A stretch of DNA of 64,000 nucleotides from Cyanophora paradoxa CCMP329. Its lineage: Eukaryota > Plantae > Glaucophyta. Numbering within the stretch: the first letter of the stretch is position 1; every line of letters begins with the position of its first letter. Position numbers and translations under genes: made by a program. The DNA lies in the NCBI GenBank assembly GCA_004431415.1, contig QPMI01000542.1, positions 434,001 to 498,000 on the forward strand, in the 5' to 3' direction. Positions 26,653-38,991 of the stretch are shown in pieces. The notes under the pieces are model-generated. The model had not been told where the DNA came from, did not search any database, and saw only the letters and a list, made by a program, of their open reading frames with translations.

Positions 26653-27186
26653 GCCGCGGGCGCCGCCGGCCGGATCCGGACTAGATCTAGAACTCGACTG
26701 CGCCCGGAGCACTAGGCTCGCGCCTTCAGATCTAGGCCTAGGTCGCCCCATTGGCAGTCCTTTGAAGGCAGTGCAGCTGCGTGTAGAAGTGAAACCATGG
26801 CCACGGTTTTCCACACCGCACCGCTGCGCGCGATCCGCACGATCTCTAGCTGATACGATGCATTAATAATTTAATACTCGCATAACTCGTATACTGGCTC
26901 TCGGCAGCTGAGCTCTACCCAATAACGATCCGATAAAGCGAGCAGCTAGGAGAGCTAGCGCCCGGCCCGACCGGGCTGGATTAGATCGAGATGAGGGCAC
27001 AGCGGGCCGGTGCGCGTCGGCGCGCGTCAAAATCCAGCGGAGCGATGTAGGGCCGACTCCGTTAGGGGCGCCCCCTTCCACGGGGGCCGCCGGGCGGCGG
27101 CCCGTCGGCGCGGGCTCGGTCCGGGGCGGCGGGGCCCAGTGGAGGGAGCCGGCGGCGGCCCGGCGGCCTTGGTGGGCGGCGGGGCC

Positions 27187-29847
27187 TTAGAGGAGGGCGC
27201 CGAGCATCTCGGGGCTGTACTCCTTCAGCTCCGCGAGGCGGCCCCCGCGCACCAGCGCCGCGTAGTCCCTGAGGCGGGGGCACGTCAGCTGAGGAGTCCT
27301 CTGGGGCTCTCCAGGGGCTCGCAGGCGCGGGGCGGGAGGCCCAGGGCCTTTGGGAGGCCTGTGGCGGGGGGCGGGGCCGGGGGCGGCGAGCGGAAGCGAC
27401 TTCTTCTAGGACCGACCGCATTCTCGTGAGGCGGCGCGGGGCGGGGGCCGGCGGGGCGGGGTGGGGCGGCCTCCAAAATCCCCCGGCTTCCAGGATCCCT
27501 TCCTCGGGCGAGGGGGCGGGGGGGGGGGGGGGGTGGGGGTGGGGGTGGGGGTGGGGGGGGGGGGGTGCCTCTAGAAGATCCCTGCCTCCCTGATCCTCTA
27601 TCTCGGAGGGGCGGGGCGGGGCGGAGCGTGGCGCACGGGTTGGCGATGAGGGGCCGCCCGATGGCCACGAGGTCGACGCGGCCGGCCGCCACCGCCGCCG
27701 CCCCCGACTCCGGCCCGTAGTTCCCCACCCCCACCAGCGTGCCCCTGCCCAAGCGAACGAAGCTCAGCGGGGGGGGGGGGAGGGTAGGAGGTGGGGAGGG
27801 GATCACTTGTAGGTGCGGCGCATGAACTCCTCGACGGTGCTACCCCCCAGGTGCTCGAACCCCTTGCCCGCCTCCGTCACCGACCTGCGGGCGGCGGAGG
27901 CGAATCGGGCGGTCGGCCCGGGTACGGCTTCATCTTTCTTCTTGGGGGTACGCACGTGTGGACGTAGGCGAGGCCGCGCTTGGAGGCCTCAGAGAGGACC
28001 GCCTCGAAGGCTTTCTCGTCCCCCGGGGTGTGCTGCGGCGAAAGAGCGCATCAGGGGGGTACAGTGCGTAGCCGGGGGGTACGGCCGGACCTCCATCTGG
28101 TACTCGTCTCCCGGGGACAGGCGGATGCCGACGCGCGTCGCCTTGCCGAAGCCTGCAGAAGGGGGTACGCGTTCAGCGGGGCAGGGGTACGAGCGCGCGG
28201 TGCGCGTACCCCTGATGCACGCGTCGAGGACGTCGATCGCGAAGCGAGCCTGCGGGGCGGGCGGGGGACGCTCGGCCTGGGGGTACGGGAACAGGTGAGG
28301 GTACGGCTACCTGCTTCTCGGGGGTACCGCCGTACGAGTCCTCGCGCCTGTTCGTGTGGCGGTGGAGGAACTGGTCCACGAAGTACCTGTACTCCCCTCA
28401 GCCGAGACGAAAGGCGGTACCCCCTCCAAGCACGCCGTACCCGTTGGCGCCGTGGATCTCGACGCCGTCGAAGCCCGCGGCCTGTACCCCCGTCGGTTCG
28501 CGGCGACTGTACCCTTGAGAAGGGCGGCGGAGGGGGAACGCACGGCAGCCATCTCCGCAGCCTGGCGCCACGAGTCGACCTGCCGTGGGGGGTACTCGTC
28601 CGTTCAGGACGAGCGGTCGAGATTCGATTCCGGGGGGTACGGCAGACGCGCCTGCCCGGGGACCTCGGCCTCCTCGAGGGCGCGGGGGGTCTCGTACTGA
28701 AGCTCGGTCCGGGGTACGCGGCCGTCCAGGGCCACTGCCGAGGGCGCAACGGGGGCTTGGCCGGTGAAGGCCCTGCGGGCGGGCGGGGCTCGGTCGGGGG
28801 TGGGGGGGGGGGGAGACATGGCAGCGGGGAGGGGGGGGGGGGGGTCAACGCACGAGTGCGCGACGCGGCCGCAGTGCCACAGCTGGCAGAAGCTGTTGGG
28901 GGGGGGGGGGGTGGAGTCGGAGGGGGTACGGTCAAGCAAATGGCTCGAGGACTCGGGGCGCACATGGTACCCCCGTTGTCGTGCACGCGGTCCGTCACGA
29001 GCTTCCAGCCCTTCACCTGCTCCTCTGTGAACATGCCTGCGTACCCCGCTAGCGTGAGCGGAGGGGGAGAGAGAAAGTGGGGTGGGGGTACAGCTGACCC
29101 GGAGTGCCGGGGTAGCCCTGCCCGTCGGGGCGGACGATGGTCGCCTCCGTGATTAGCAGGCCGGTCTCCGCGCTGCGGAAGGGATTATAGAGAGAAAAGG
29201 GGAGGGGGAAAGAGGGAAAGGGGGGTACCGGCGGGCGTAGTACGCGGCCATGTCCTCGGTGGGTACGAGGCCCTCGCCGGCCATGCAGCTGCGGCGGCCG
29301 GGCGGCGGCCAGGTCGGCGCAGCGCAGCGCATGGGATCGGATCCGTGTGAAGAAGTGCTGCACTAAGGACGGAAACACAGGCTTCCGGCCTCGCTTCTAG
29401 ACTCCCTCTAGCATCTCTAAGCTGTGCGGGAAGGCGACTGCAGGCCCTGAGGGGTGCCAGCACGGCTGACCGAGTCATCGGAGCCATCGCTGCGCGCGGG
29501 GAAGACACAGCGGATCAGCCGACCGCGTTGCCGGCCGCGCGCGGGGCGGTCGCACCGATGCGGTTGCGGAGGATGAGCTTCTCGTCGATCTTGAGCGGCT
29601 CAAAGAGCACATTCAAGTCTGCCGTTTAAGTATGCCAGTAAGCGGCAGTCGAACGCCCGCCCCCGCGCGAGTTTTTTGCACCGGCAGAGGCCACCGGAGA
29701 GACGGCGGGCGTGGCGCGGTTCTGCTTGTGCTTCCGAAGCGCCGAGGTCGGCCGCGCGAGGCGGCTTCGGTGCACGCGCTCGCCGGCGAAGGAGCTGTGC
29801 AGGTCGGAACGGGCCGAGACTGGCGCCGGGGTTGCGAAGGCTTGCAT
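27187..29847 (-). CDS. Old yellow enzyme / alkene reductase (OPR/NemA family), probably plastid-targeted
   Basis: [86 protein letters not shown]; N-terminal extension MQAFATPAPVSARS. Confidence 0.92.
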
Positions 29848-30152
29848 GGCTGCGAGTGATATACGGAAAAAGTGAGGTCGGACGCGCTCAGGACGCGCGC
29901 TCAAAGCCTCAGGACGTCATGCAACGTCTGTTGACGTAACTCGCGCACCTTTGGGTGGACGCGTAGACGGCACAGCTGTGTCCTTCGTAGACGGGTTCGC
30001 TCCTGTGCTCTCCCTACGAGGTCGAGCGTTGAACAAGGGAGGCGCAGCGACCTTCGAGCGAGTGTACCCCAAGTAACCGACGGCTTGCTGTTTCGCCACC
30101 AGCGGTCCGGAGAGGTCGAGGAAGTGCGAAGCCGAGCGAGGAAGCAGAGGAG

Positions 30153-32649
30153 ATGGCGAAGCCTCGCGTTGTGGTGCTTGGGGGCGGTTTCGCCGGCTGC
30201 AAGGTGGCAAAGGCGCTTGAGACCGAAGCGGATGTCACGCTCATCGACCCCAAGTCGTATCTGTGCGCACGCGCGCCGGTCCGACGAGCCAGCGCGCGCC
30301 CGCGCCCTCTTGGCGTTCCGTTCTGACCGCGCCCGCTTCCAAAACTCAGCGACATCAACATCGGCGTGCCGCGCGCGCTTGTGGATGACTCTATCCACGA
30401 GCCGATGAACCCCGAGCACCGCAAGTTTTTGCGGCACACCGCCGTCCTGCACGGCCGCGGTGCGCGCCGCGCCGCGCCACGCGCGCCGCCGCCGCTCCAT
30501 CCGACGTCCAACGCGGACGCGCCCCGCGAACAACAGTCGAGGAGGCCATTCCCGGCACCGTCCGCGTCTCGGGCCGCGCCGAGCTCGTCCCGTACGATTT
30601 CCTGGCGAGCGGCGCCGGGCCCGCGCGCGCTCCCTCGCCGCCGCCAATGCTCTCGCTGGTGCCCAGGTCGTGGCGACGGGCGTGTCCTACAGCGGGTGGA
30701 AGGCAGAGGAGGCCACCGCAGACGTGCGGCCTTCCCGTCCCGCCGCCCTGCGCCGGCGCCGTCGTCCGACTCCTGCGCCGGGCGCAGGAGCGCGTCGTGG
30801 CGCTGCGGGGCATGCGGGACCGTCTGCGGGGCGCGCGGCGCGTGCTCATCGTTGGGGGCGGCCCCACGGGCGTCGAGGCGAGCGCTCCGCCCCCTCCCCG
30901 CCTCGCCCACCGCGCCGCCCCGCCCCCCGCGCGCCGCTCCGAACGCGACCGCAGGCGGCGGCGGAGATTCTGATGGCGGCGCCCAAGCGCGAGGTCACCC
31001 TCGTCCACAGCGGCCCCGCCCTCCTCGTGCGTGCGCTCAGGTGAGCCGAACCCGGCTCACCTGAGACTGAGCCCGGGCAGGACGAGCTCGGCAGCGAGAA
31101 GATCTCGCGGCACGCGCACGAGTTCCTCGCCCGCCACGGCGCCAACGTGCGCCGAGCGCGGCCACCGTACCCCCCGCTTCGTCTCTTGCTGATCGCTTCC
31201 AATTAGATCCTCCTGAACGACCGCGTGGAGGGCGTGAGCCCGGGCATCTTCTTCGGTACCCCGGCCCCCTCCCCGCCCCGCTGCGGCACCGCCTTACTCC
31301 GCGCCGCCGCCCCGCAGGCACGGAGGAGCGCCGCACCAGGCGCGCCCGGCCCCCGCTCGAGGGGGACGTCTAGACGGCTAGAGCCGGGACGGCTAGAGGG
31401 GACAGTGCTCTCCTATCCACTGCCTTTCTCGCCTTGAATCACGCGCGCTCGGCTCCCCTTAGCTCTTAGCTCAAAGATAAGCTCCTGCTCAAAGCTGAGA
31501 TCTTAGCTCACAAAGCTCCCGCTCGCAAAATCTCTCAGCTCAAAGCTGATCTCCGGGGCGGCAGGAGCGGCGCGGTGGTCGCCGCGGACGCGACTCTGGT
31601 GGCGGTGGGCGGCGGCCGCCCCAACGCCGCCTTCCTCTCCCGCGCCTTCCCCACCGCCCTGGTACCCCCCATATCCTCTTCCACCCCCCCCGGCCCCTCC
31701 CCTCTCTATCCCCCTCCTCCTCTTCTCTTTTCCGCTCCAACCCCCTCTCTTATCGGGCTTCATCCCCATCCCTCTCCTCCTCACCCCCCCCCCCTCCCCC
31801 CCCTCGCCACCCCCTCTCTCTCGCGTCCCCGACGGTCCCCCGCAGGACGGCTCCGGCTTCGTGCGCGTCGACGCCACGCTCCGGGTACACCCCCCCTCTT
31901 CTCCGCATTGTACCCCCTGTCCCTAACCTCCCCCCAGGTGGTGGGTACGACGAACGTCTTCTCGGCGGGCGACGTCTGCACGGCCCCGGGCCGGAAGGCG
32001 CGCGCCGATCTGATCTTATCAGATCTGATCTGAGCCTCCGATCTGATCTGAACCCGGCCCCGGCCCCAACAGGGCGCCTACGCGGCGGGGCTTCACGCGG
32101 CCGTCATCGCTGAGAACATCCGCCGCCTCGCAGTAAACCCCCAGGCGCGCCCGGCCCGAACGGCTCCAGATGAAGCCCTTATCTAAAAATAACTTGCCCT
32201 CGCCCGTCCTGGACCCTTGTCTACCCCCCCGTGACCCGGCCCCCGGCCCCCCCCGCAGGCGAGCCTGAAGGAGTTCTCGCCCGCCCCGCCAATCTGCCTC
32301 GTCCGCCCCCGGCCCCCCGCCCCCGCCCCCGCCCCCGCCCGCCAGCTCTGACGCTGGCGCACGCGCGGCGCAGGTGACGCTGGGGGCGGGGGACGGGGGG
32401 CTGGCGACGCCCTGGTTCGGCCTCACGGGCTGGCTCCCCAAGAAGATGAAGGCCGAGGACATGTTCGTGCCCCGCACGGTACGGTACCCCCGCGTCCCCC
32501 CCCCGCCCCCCCCCCCCCCCCCCCCCCCCGCCTTCTTTTCGTCGGGATGGAGGGGGCGGGCGGCCGCTGACCGGAGCGGGGTGGGGGCGCGCGCGCACGC
32601 GCAGAGGAGCGAGCTGGGGCTGGACCAGAAGGGCTGCGCCTGCCTGTAG
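30153..32649 (+). CDS. AIFM2/FSP1 (AMID)-like FAD/NAD(P)H oxidoreductase, 16 exons, C-terminal CACL
   Basis: Complete spliced ORF: VVVLGGGFAG, YDFLVVATG, LIVGGGPTGVE, VTLVHSG, GFVRVDATLRVVGTTNVFSAGD, ending DQKGCACL*. Confidence 0.9.
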
Positions 32650-33162
32650 GCCCCCGGCCTGTGGGTGTAGGGCCCACTAGATCTACAGTAAACGATTAAG
32701 CTAAATATTCTCATGATCATGATTGTGTAGCTCTAGTTACAAATTCAACAATTTACAATTCAATCCGCCCCGCGCCGCCGATTGGCGCGCGTACGTCCGC
32801 TGCAGCTGGAGATCGAGGAGGGATCCGCTGCACATGTAATTATAATTATATAAGCTCATACATGCATTTCGGACTCGGGATCCGCGCATTGGCGCCTCGC
32901 AGCTGCAGCCGGCCGCGCCGCGGCCCCGGCGGCTGCGGGCCGCGGGCCGCCGCCTTCGAAACTCTAGCTAATTCCCGGCCGGGTCCTCGCGGTTCTGGCG
33001 CATCGGCTCTTCATATACCACCCGATCGCGACCCCGCGGCCGCGCTCTGCCCATGGCCAGCAGCGCCGCGGCGGCCGCCCCATGGCCAGCGCTTTCGAAT
33101 TCACGACCACTTTCACTTTCATTTTAAGACACCCCGGGTACAGTTGTAACTCAAACTCATTT

Positions 33163-33706
33163 TGTCGCGGGCGATGGCAAGACCAAGTCTGGTTTGAGAT
33201 TGGTCGGCTGGCCAGGGGCCGGGCCCGGCGTGGCCGCGGGCCCTGGGCCGGAATCCGGCTATAGGCGTGGCCGGTCGCGACTTGACTTGCAATTCCCGGA
33301 ATTGCCGGAATTCCCGGAATTCCCGGAATTCCCGGAACCCAAGCCGGAACCCAACCAATAAATCGTACATGCTCAACAACTAGAAAATACTTGCTAGTTT
33401 GCAACGCGGGCTAGTATAAGTAGCCGCTGCCCTGCCAAAGTTGTCATTCCTTGTGAGGCGCACAGCCTCGAAATACTAGCAGCGAAACTCTGCCATTTTG
33501 CATCTGTAACTTGGGAGCACATCAGGGGCGGGCTAAGCATTAAGGGAACATCGTCAGGGATCAGAGATCCAGGGGCGGGCTAAGCATTAAGGGAACATCG
33601 TCAGGGATCAGAGATCCAGGTCTGTAATTACTCTGTTATTAGGCCTCTGGTTACAAACCCCTAGACTATATCTGGGCCTTGCCCGGATTTAACCAGATGC
33701 TTAATA
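33163..33706 (+). repeat. 5' LTR (544 bp) with an internal ~48-bp duplication and GGAATTCCC 9-mers
   Basis: Matches 37420-37954 and 37961-38419 by eye. Confidence 0.92.
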
Positions 33707-34424
33707 CGTGGGGGCTGCTCAAAACTTTCAGCTAGCTCTTCAAAGCTAGCTGGCCGACCTCTACGTCGCGATGCGCATAGCTGCTGCGCATGCGGAAGTC
33801 GCTGCGTACTGACCGGAGCCTTTGCGCATGTTCGCGACTCCTACTATCAACTTGGCGCGACCTGCTGCGCGGGTGAGCGGACGCTACCGCGCGCCAGCGC
33901 TACGCGTCGCTTTAAAAGATGCGTACATGGTCGCCCTGCCTGGGCTAGCTACTAGGCTAGCCGCGAGCGCTCTAGCAGCCGCGGTATGACGCCGCTAGCG
34001 GGGCCCCGGCATGCGCACGCGCGCGCGTACGTCTGCGCCGCGACCAGTGTCTGATCCGGGCCCGCTCGATGCAGCGTTCGCATCACAGGCCTAGGCCGGA
34101 TCGGATTCTGCGGCGCGAGCGCACTCGAGCTCTACAGGCGTGGCATCGCCGGCCGACGGGCGCCGAGCTCGCCGATCATCGGATTCGACGCTGAGCTCGC
34201 GGGCCGGGGGCCGCCAGCTGCAGGCGCGCTATAGCTAGCTCCGAGGCTCGGGCCCGGGCTCCGGGGCGCCGTCGACGTCGATCAACGCGTGCCGTGGCGC
34301 GAGGGCGAGGAATCGGAAGCGCTAGAGCTAGCGCTAGATCTAGAACTAGTCGGATCGCCGGGGGCGGACCTGCTCGGCGGTTCGCTGCGGAATTCTGCTG
34401 CGGCGGACGTGTTTCGAGTTCGAA

Positions 34425-35633
34425 ATGGCGCCGGCTCCGAATACGCGAAGCGGCGGATCCGGATCCGGAGGCGCGGGCGCTAGTGGCGGATCCGGGGGCG
34501 GCAGCCAGGGCAGTGGCGGGCCCGGGGCGGCGGCTGCAGCTGCGCATGCAGCAGCCGTGCCCGCGGCCGCGGCGGCGGCCGCTCCGGCGGCAAACGCGAT
34601 GCCAGCGCCAGCTCCGGGGCCAGCGCCGGTCGCGCCAGTGGCGCCGGTTGCACCAGCGGCGGCTGGGGTGCCAGTCGCGATCGGGGGCCAGCAACCAGCT
34701 GCGGCGGCAGCTGACGCTGCGTTGGAGGCGCTGAAGAGCAACCTGGACATGCATACACGTCACCGCGAGCTGAAAGAATTTAAGGAGCGAATTCCTGCCT
34801 TGACAAATACTGGCGTTCTATCGTGGATCGTATCGCTGGAGCGCCTGGCAACTTTTATTCAGCCGCCGAAATTTTTGGAGCCGGACAAGATAGTAGCGGA
34901 GCTCGCAATGTCTTCGCTGCAGCGCTCAGCGAGCGATGCTTTGACTGGAGCATTCTCAGCGACGGTGCTGGGTGCTATGACGTCGAAGGCGGCGGGCGGT
35001 GAATTCGATATGACGTCGTGGGCAAGGATTCGTGAGCATCTGATCAGCTTGGTGCCTGGCAATAAATTCGAGCTGCTGAAGAATACGATCAAGACGGCGA
35101 GCCAGCATTTCTCAGCTCTGAATAACCCTACGGAGCTGGATGCTCAAGCACTTATCAATAATGTTGTTTTCTTTCGACGCCTGCTTCAGCTGCAAGATTC
35201 ATGTCCGGACGAGATGTTGATCGCGGAATTAATGTCTCCGGACGCGATCACTTTGCCGGCGATGGTCAAGCTCACAAGCAGAATTTCAGAGGACGCGCGA
35301 ACGAATCTGGCGGAGTGGGGTCGCGAATTCTTCAGTCGAGTTCGGTCCCATAACGAGCTGGAAATGAGGCTCCAGCGGGTGAGGGCCAGCAGTGGATTTT
35401 CGGACGCGTCAGTCTCTCGCGTTGCGGGGGTTGAGCTTGCCAGCAGCAGCAAGAAGCAGAAGACGGGCGGACAGCCTCGTTGGTGTGATGAATGCGAGAG
35501 CGGCTCGCACAACACAGTCGTCTGCAGCAAGCGACTTCAGCGGGAGCTGGAGGAGATGCGGGCGCAATATTCGGCCTGTCAGCAGGAGCTCGAGAAATAT
35601 CGGAGCTCCAGCAGCGTGGCGGGCGCGAAATGA
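34425..35633 (+). CDS. gag: Gag-like protein (402 aa) with CCHC zinc knuckle
   Basis: Intronless ORF between the LTRs; Ala/Gly/Pro-rich N-terminus, helical core, WCDECESGSHNTVVC (CX2CX4HX4C), C-terminal coiled coil. Confidence 0.8.
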   Translation: MAPAPNTRSGGSGSGGAGASGGSGGGSQGSGGPGAAAAAAHAAAVPAAAAAAAPAANAMPAPAPGPAPVAPVAPVAPAAAGVPVAIGGQQPAAAAADAALEALKSNLDMHTRHRELKEFKERIPALTNTGVLSWIVSLERLATFIQPPKFLEPDKIVAELAMSSLQRSASDALTGAFSATVLGAMTSKAAGGEFDMTSWARIREHLISLVPGNKFELLKNTIKTASQHFSALNNPTELDAQALINNVVFFRRLLQLQDSCPDEMLIAELMSPDAITLPAMVKLTSRISEDARTNLAEWGREFFSRVRSHNELEMRLQRVRASSGFSDASVSRVAGVELASSSKKQKTGGQPRWCDECESGSHNTVVCSKRLQRELEEMRAQYSACQQELEKYRSSSSVAGAK

Positions 35634-38419
35634 AGTACACGCCACGGCGGTTCGGTCTCCGCCTGAGCAGAAATTAAAAGACCAGTGGTGGAGGAGTTCG
35701 GATTTAATTCGTCGCGAAGAGGGGTGGGCCCGGCGACGTGGCGGCGTGTACTTGTAATTTTTCAGCTGCAGCCAGAGTTCGAGTTCTTGGCAGAACAGCT
35801 GCAGCTTCGCGGGGCTGGATGGTGCACCTGCGAAGGCGGCGGCCTTTCTTCACAGTCGATCGCGAGGCTGGTGGCGAATTCGAAGAAGGCGTCGCTCCGT
35901 TCCGGTGAACCGGCGTTCAAGCTGGAGATGCGGACCTGCCCGAGGCCGGGGCAATACAGGAGGGCATCGGATTCAGCTGTGGGCGGGTGGTGTCAGCCGT
36001 AGAGGGCGGGAGGCCCGAGGACAAGCTAGAGGCGCGGACCTGCTCGTGCCAGGATGGCGCTCAGGACAGCTTTAACCCAGTCGGCACCCAACCGAACAGA
36101 GACCGGAATCGGCCCTGCATAAGACGAACGCGAGCTCAGCGTTATCGTCACCGCGGGGTTACTAAATTCGAGTCAAGCGTGTCTCGGCGTGGCGTCGTCG
36201 GGATGCAACCGTCTCGCGAGGAGCGGGCTTGCAAGAAGCAAGAAGAAGACGTCAAGGCAAGCGCACCTCCCAGGACGGATGGAACCGGCCTTGATCGTGC
36301 TCGGAATTGGAGAAGGGGACGACGGAAGCATGTGGAAGTCGCTCAGCTGGCGGACGGGGCGTAGTGCACTACGACTCCTCGTCGGCTGCAGTCGGCACCG
36401 GTGCAAGTCGTGCTCCTGACCCGGCGGAGGATAGAGCATCCCCGGCGGACATTCTGGGTCTTCGGACTCGATGGGCAAGTGCACCTACCGCCGGCGGGCA
36501 CACAGCAACCGTCAACTTCGCTGTGCGTCCGACCGCAATTTAATTCTCGGGTCGAAATCGGCGGAGGATCTCGTCAGGCGGACTGATAACAAGGGCGGAA
36601 ATTTTGGAAGTGCTCGACGCGGCGGCGTTCGCGCTCTGATGCACAGGATTTCCTCTCTTCTCGCCGCCTACAGATTCAGACGCAGGCCGGAGGGGCCAGA
36701 CTTCGCACGTTGTCGAGGGCGCAGCTTCGTCTGCAAGGCCGACATCAATTGCGAGTCAGCGGGGGCGCAGCCTATAGCTAGTCAATGGGGCTGACCCTCA
36801 AGTCTCGGCTGGGGCGTCCGGCCGTGGATCAAGGGCAGTGCCTGCGGTCCCGGAGGCTTCAGCTCGAGAGAGGGCGGATGGGATCCCAGCGGATGGCCCA
36901 CCGTCCGAGGGAGGGGAGAGCTGTGCAGCCTGGTAGCTGCAGCTTCGCAGTTGTACATATCGTGTACATATCAGCCGCAGCGCGCGGCGAGCTCGAGTAG
37001 CTACGGATAGAGTAGCGAGCTCGGGAAGCATTCGGATTTCACAGCTGCAGACAGGACCAGCTGTGCGACGTCTGGATCATTTCTAGGTCCAGCGGAAGCT
37101 GAGGGCACGCCTTGGAAATATTTCCTTAGCTCAGAAACGATTCGAAATTTTTTCGCAACGTTGGACATATATTTCTGATAGCATTAGACGTCTACATATT
37201 TATTTTATTGTAGATAGCGCAGCCTTCGTGCTGCTAGGGCTGTAGTGCAGCCTTCGAGCTGCTAGGGCCGTCAGGGCGTTAGAACGCCTCGGCCACCTTT
37301 TCTTGTAAATAGTCAGAGTCGTTTTCGATCGATATCGATATCGGACTCGACGTTTTGCTGCGACGAACGTCGCGGGCGGGATGGAGGCGCTGAGGACGGC
37401 TTTTCTCTGCTGCGACGAATGTCGCGGGCGATGGCAAGACCAAGTCTGGTTTGAGATTGGTCGGCTGGCCAGGGGCCGGGCCCGGCGTGGCCGCGGGCCC
37501 TGGGCCGGAATCCGGCTATAGGCGTGGCCGGTCGCGACTTGACTTGCAATTCCCGGAATTGCCGGAATTCCCGGAATTCCCGGAATTCCCGGAACCCAAG
37601 CCGGAACCCAACCAATAAATCGTACATGCTCAACAACTAGAAAATACTTGCTAGTTTGCAACGCGGGCTAGTATAAGTAGCCGCTGCCCTGCCAAAGTTG
37701 TCATTCCTTGTGAGGCGCACAGCCTCGAAATACTAGCAGCGAAACTCTGCCATTTTGCATCTGTAACTTGGGAGCACATCAGGGGCGGGCTAAGCATTAA
37801 GGGAACATCGTCAGGGATCAGAGATCCAGGGGCGGGCTAAGCATTAAGGGAACATCGTCAGGGATCAGAGATCCAGGTCTGTAATTACTCTGTTATTAGG
37901 CCTCTGGTTACAAACCCCTAGACTATATCTGGGCCTTGCCCGGATTTAACCAGAATAAACGCCGCGGGCCCTGGGCCGGAATCCGGCTATAGGCGTGGCC
38001 GGTCGCGACTTGACTTGCAATTCCCGGAATTGCCGGAATTCCCGGAATTCCCGGAATTCCCGGAACCCAAGCCGGAACCCAACCAATAAATCGTACATGC
38101 TCAACAACTAGAAAATACTTGCTAGTTTGCAACGCGGGCTAGTATAAGTAGCCGCTGCCCTGCCAAAGTTGTCATTCCTTGTGAGGCGCACAGCCTCGAA
38201 ATACTAGCAGCGAAACTCTGCCATTTTGCATCTGTAACTTGGGAGCACATCAGGGGCGGGCTAAGCATTAAGGGAACATCGTCAGGGATCAGAGATCCAG
38301 GGGCGGGCTAAGCATTAAGGGAACATCGTCAGGGATCAGAGATCCAGGTCTGTAATTACTCTGTTATTAGGCCTCTGGTTACAAACCCCTAGACTATATC
38401 TGGGCCTTGCCCGGATTTA

Positions 38420-38991
38420 TTTTTTTTTTTTTTTGGTGAATTACCGGCCACAGTCTCTAGACACCAGCACTGCGGGGGCTGCCCAGGGGGCATAAAGACA
38501 AAAAAGCAAAATAACTAAGACAAGAGCACGAAGAAAGATAAGACAAAGAGCCAAAATCGACAATAAAAAAGGAAAGACACAGAGCTCGAGACAGATCGAT
38601 AGCGAGAAGAGACGATAAATCGAGCAGATCTAGGACAGAGGATAACTGACACGAAGAAGAGCCAGAGCTAGAGATACCATCAATATCAGAAGGAATTACA
38701 TCACTAAGAAGCGGGGGACAAAATTGAGAAAGATAAATAACAGGAAGAAGACAAGTAAGAGGAACAACAAGACGACATGGAGGCGGAGGCGAAGCAGGAC
38801 GATGCGAAAGGGCAGAGCTACGGCACGAGGTCGAGGAGGACACAGGAGGCGGAGCAGGCGGATCAAGAGCAGGCAAAAGGACAGTCAAAGGAATCACTAA
38901 AGCCGGCCAGGGTCGAGGCGGGCAATCGAACTGCAAACGACGGCGAACAACAGGTCGAGCACGAGGACTATAGCTAGTATTGAAACTAACT
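38420..38991 (-). mobile_element. Poly(A)-tailed non-LTR retrocopy (SINE or 5'-truncated LINE) inserted in the LTR
   Basis: T15 at 38420-38434 on the + strand; 9-bp TSD CCGGATTTA (38411-38419, 38992-39000); the LTR resumes exactly at 39001. Confidence 0.88.

Noticed and set aside
32964-38132. Three copies of ORF MQTSKYF...PGIPGIPGIP (collagen-like)
   Set aside because: These are antisense translations of the LTR's GGAATTCCC 9-mers.
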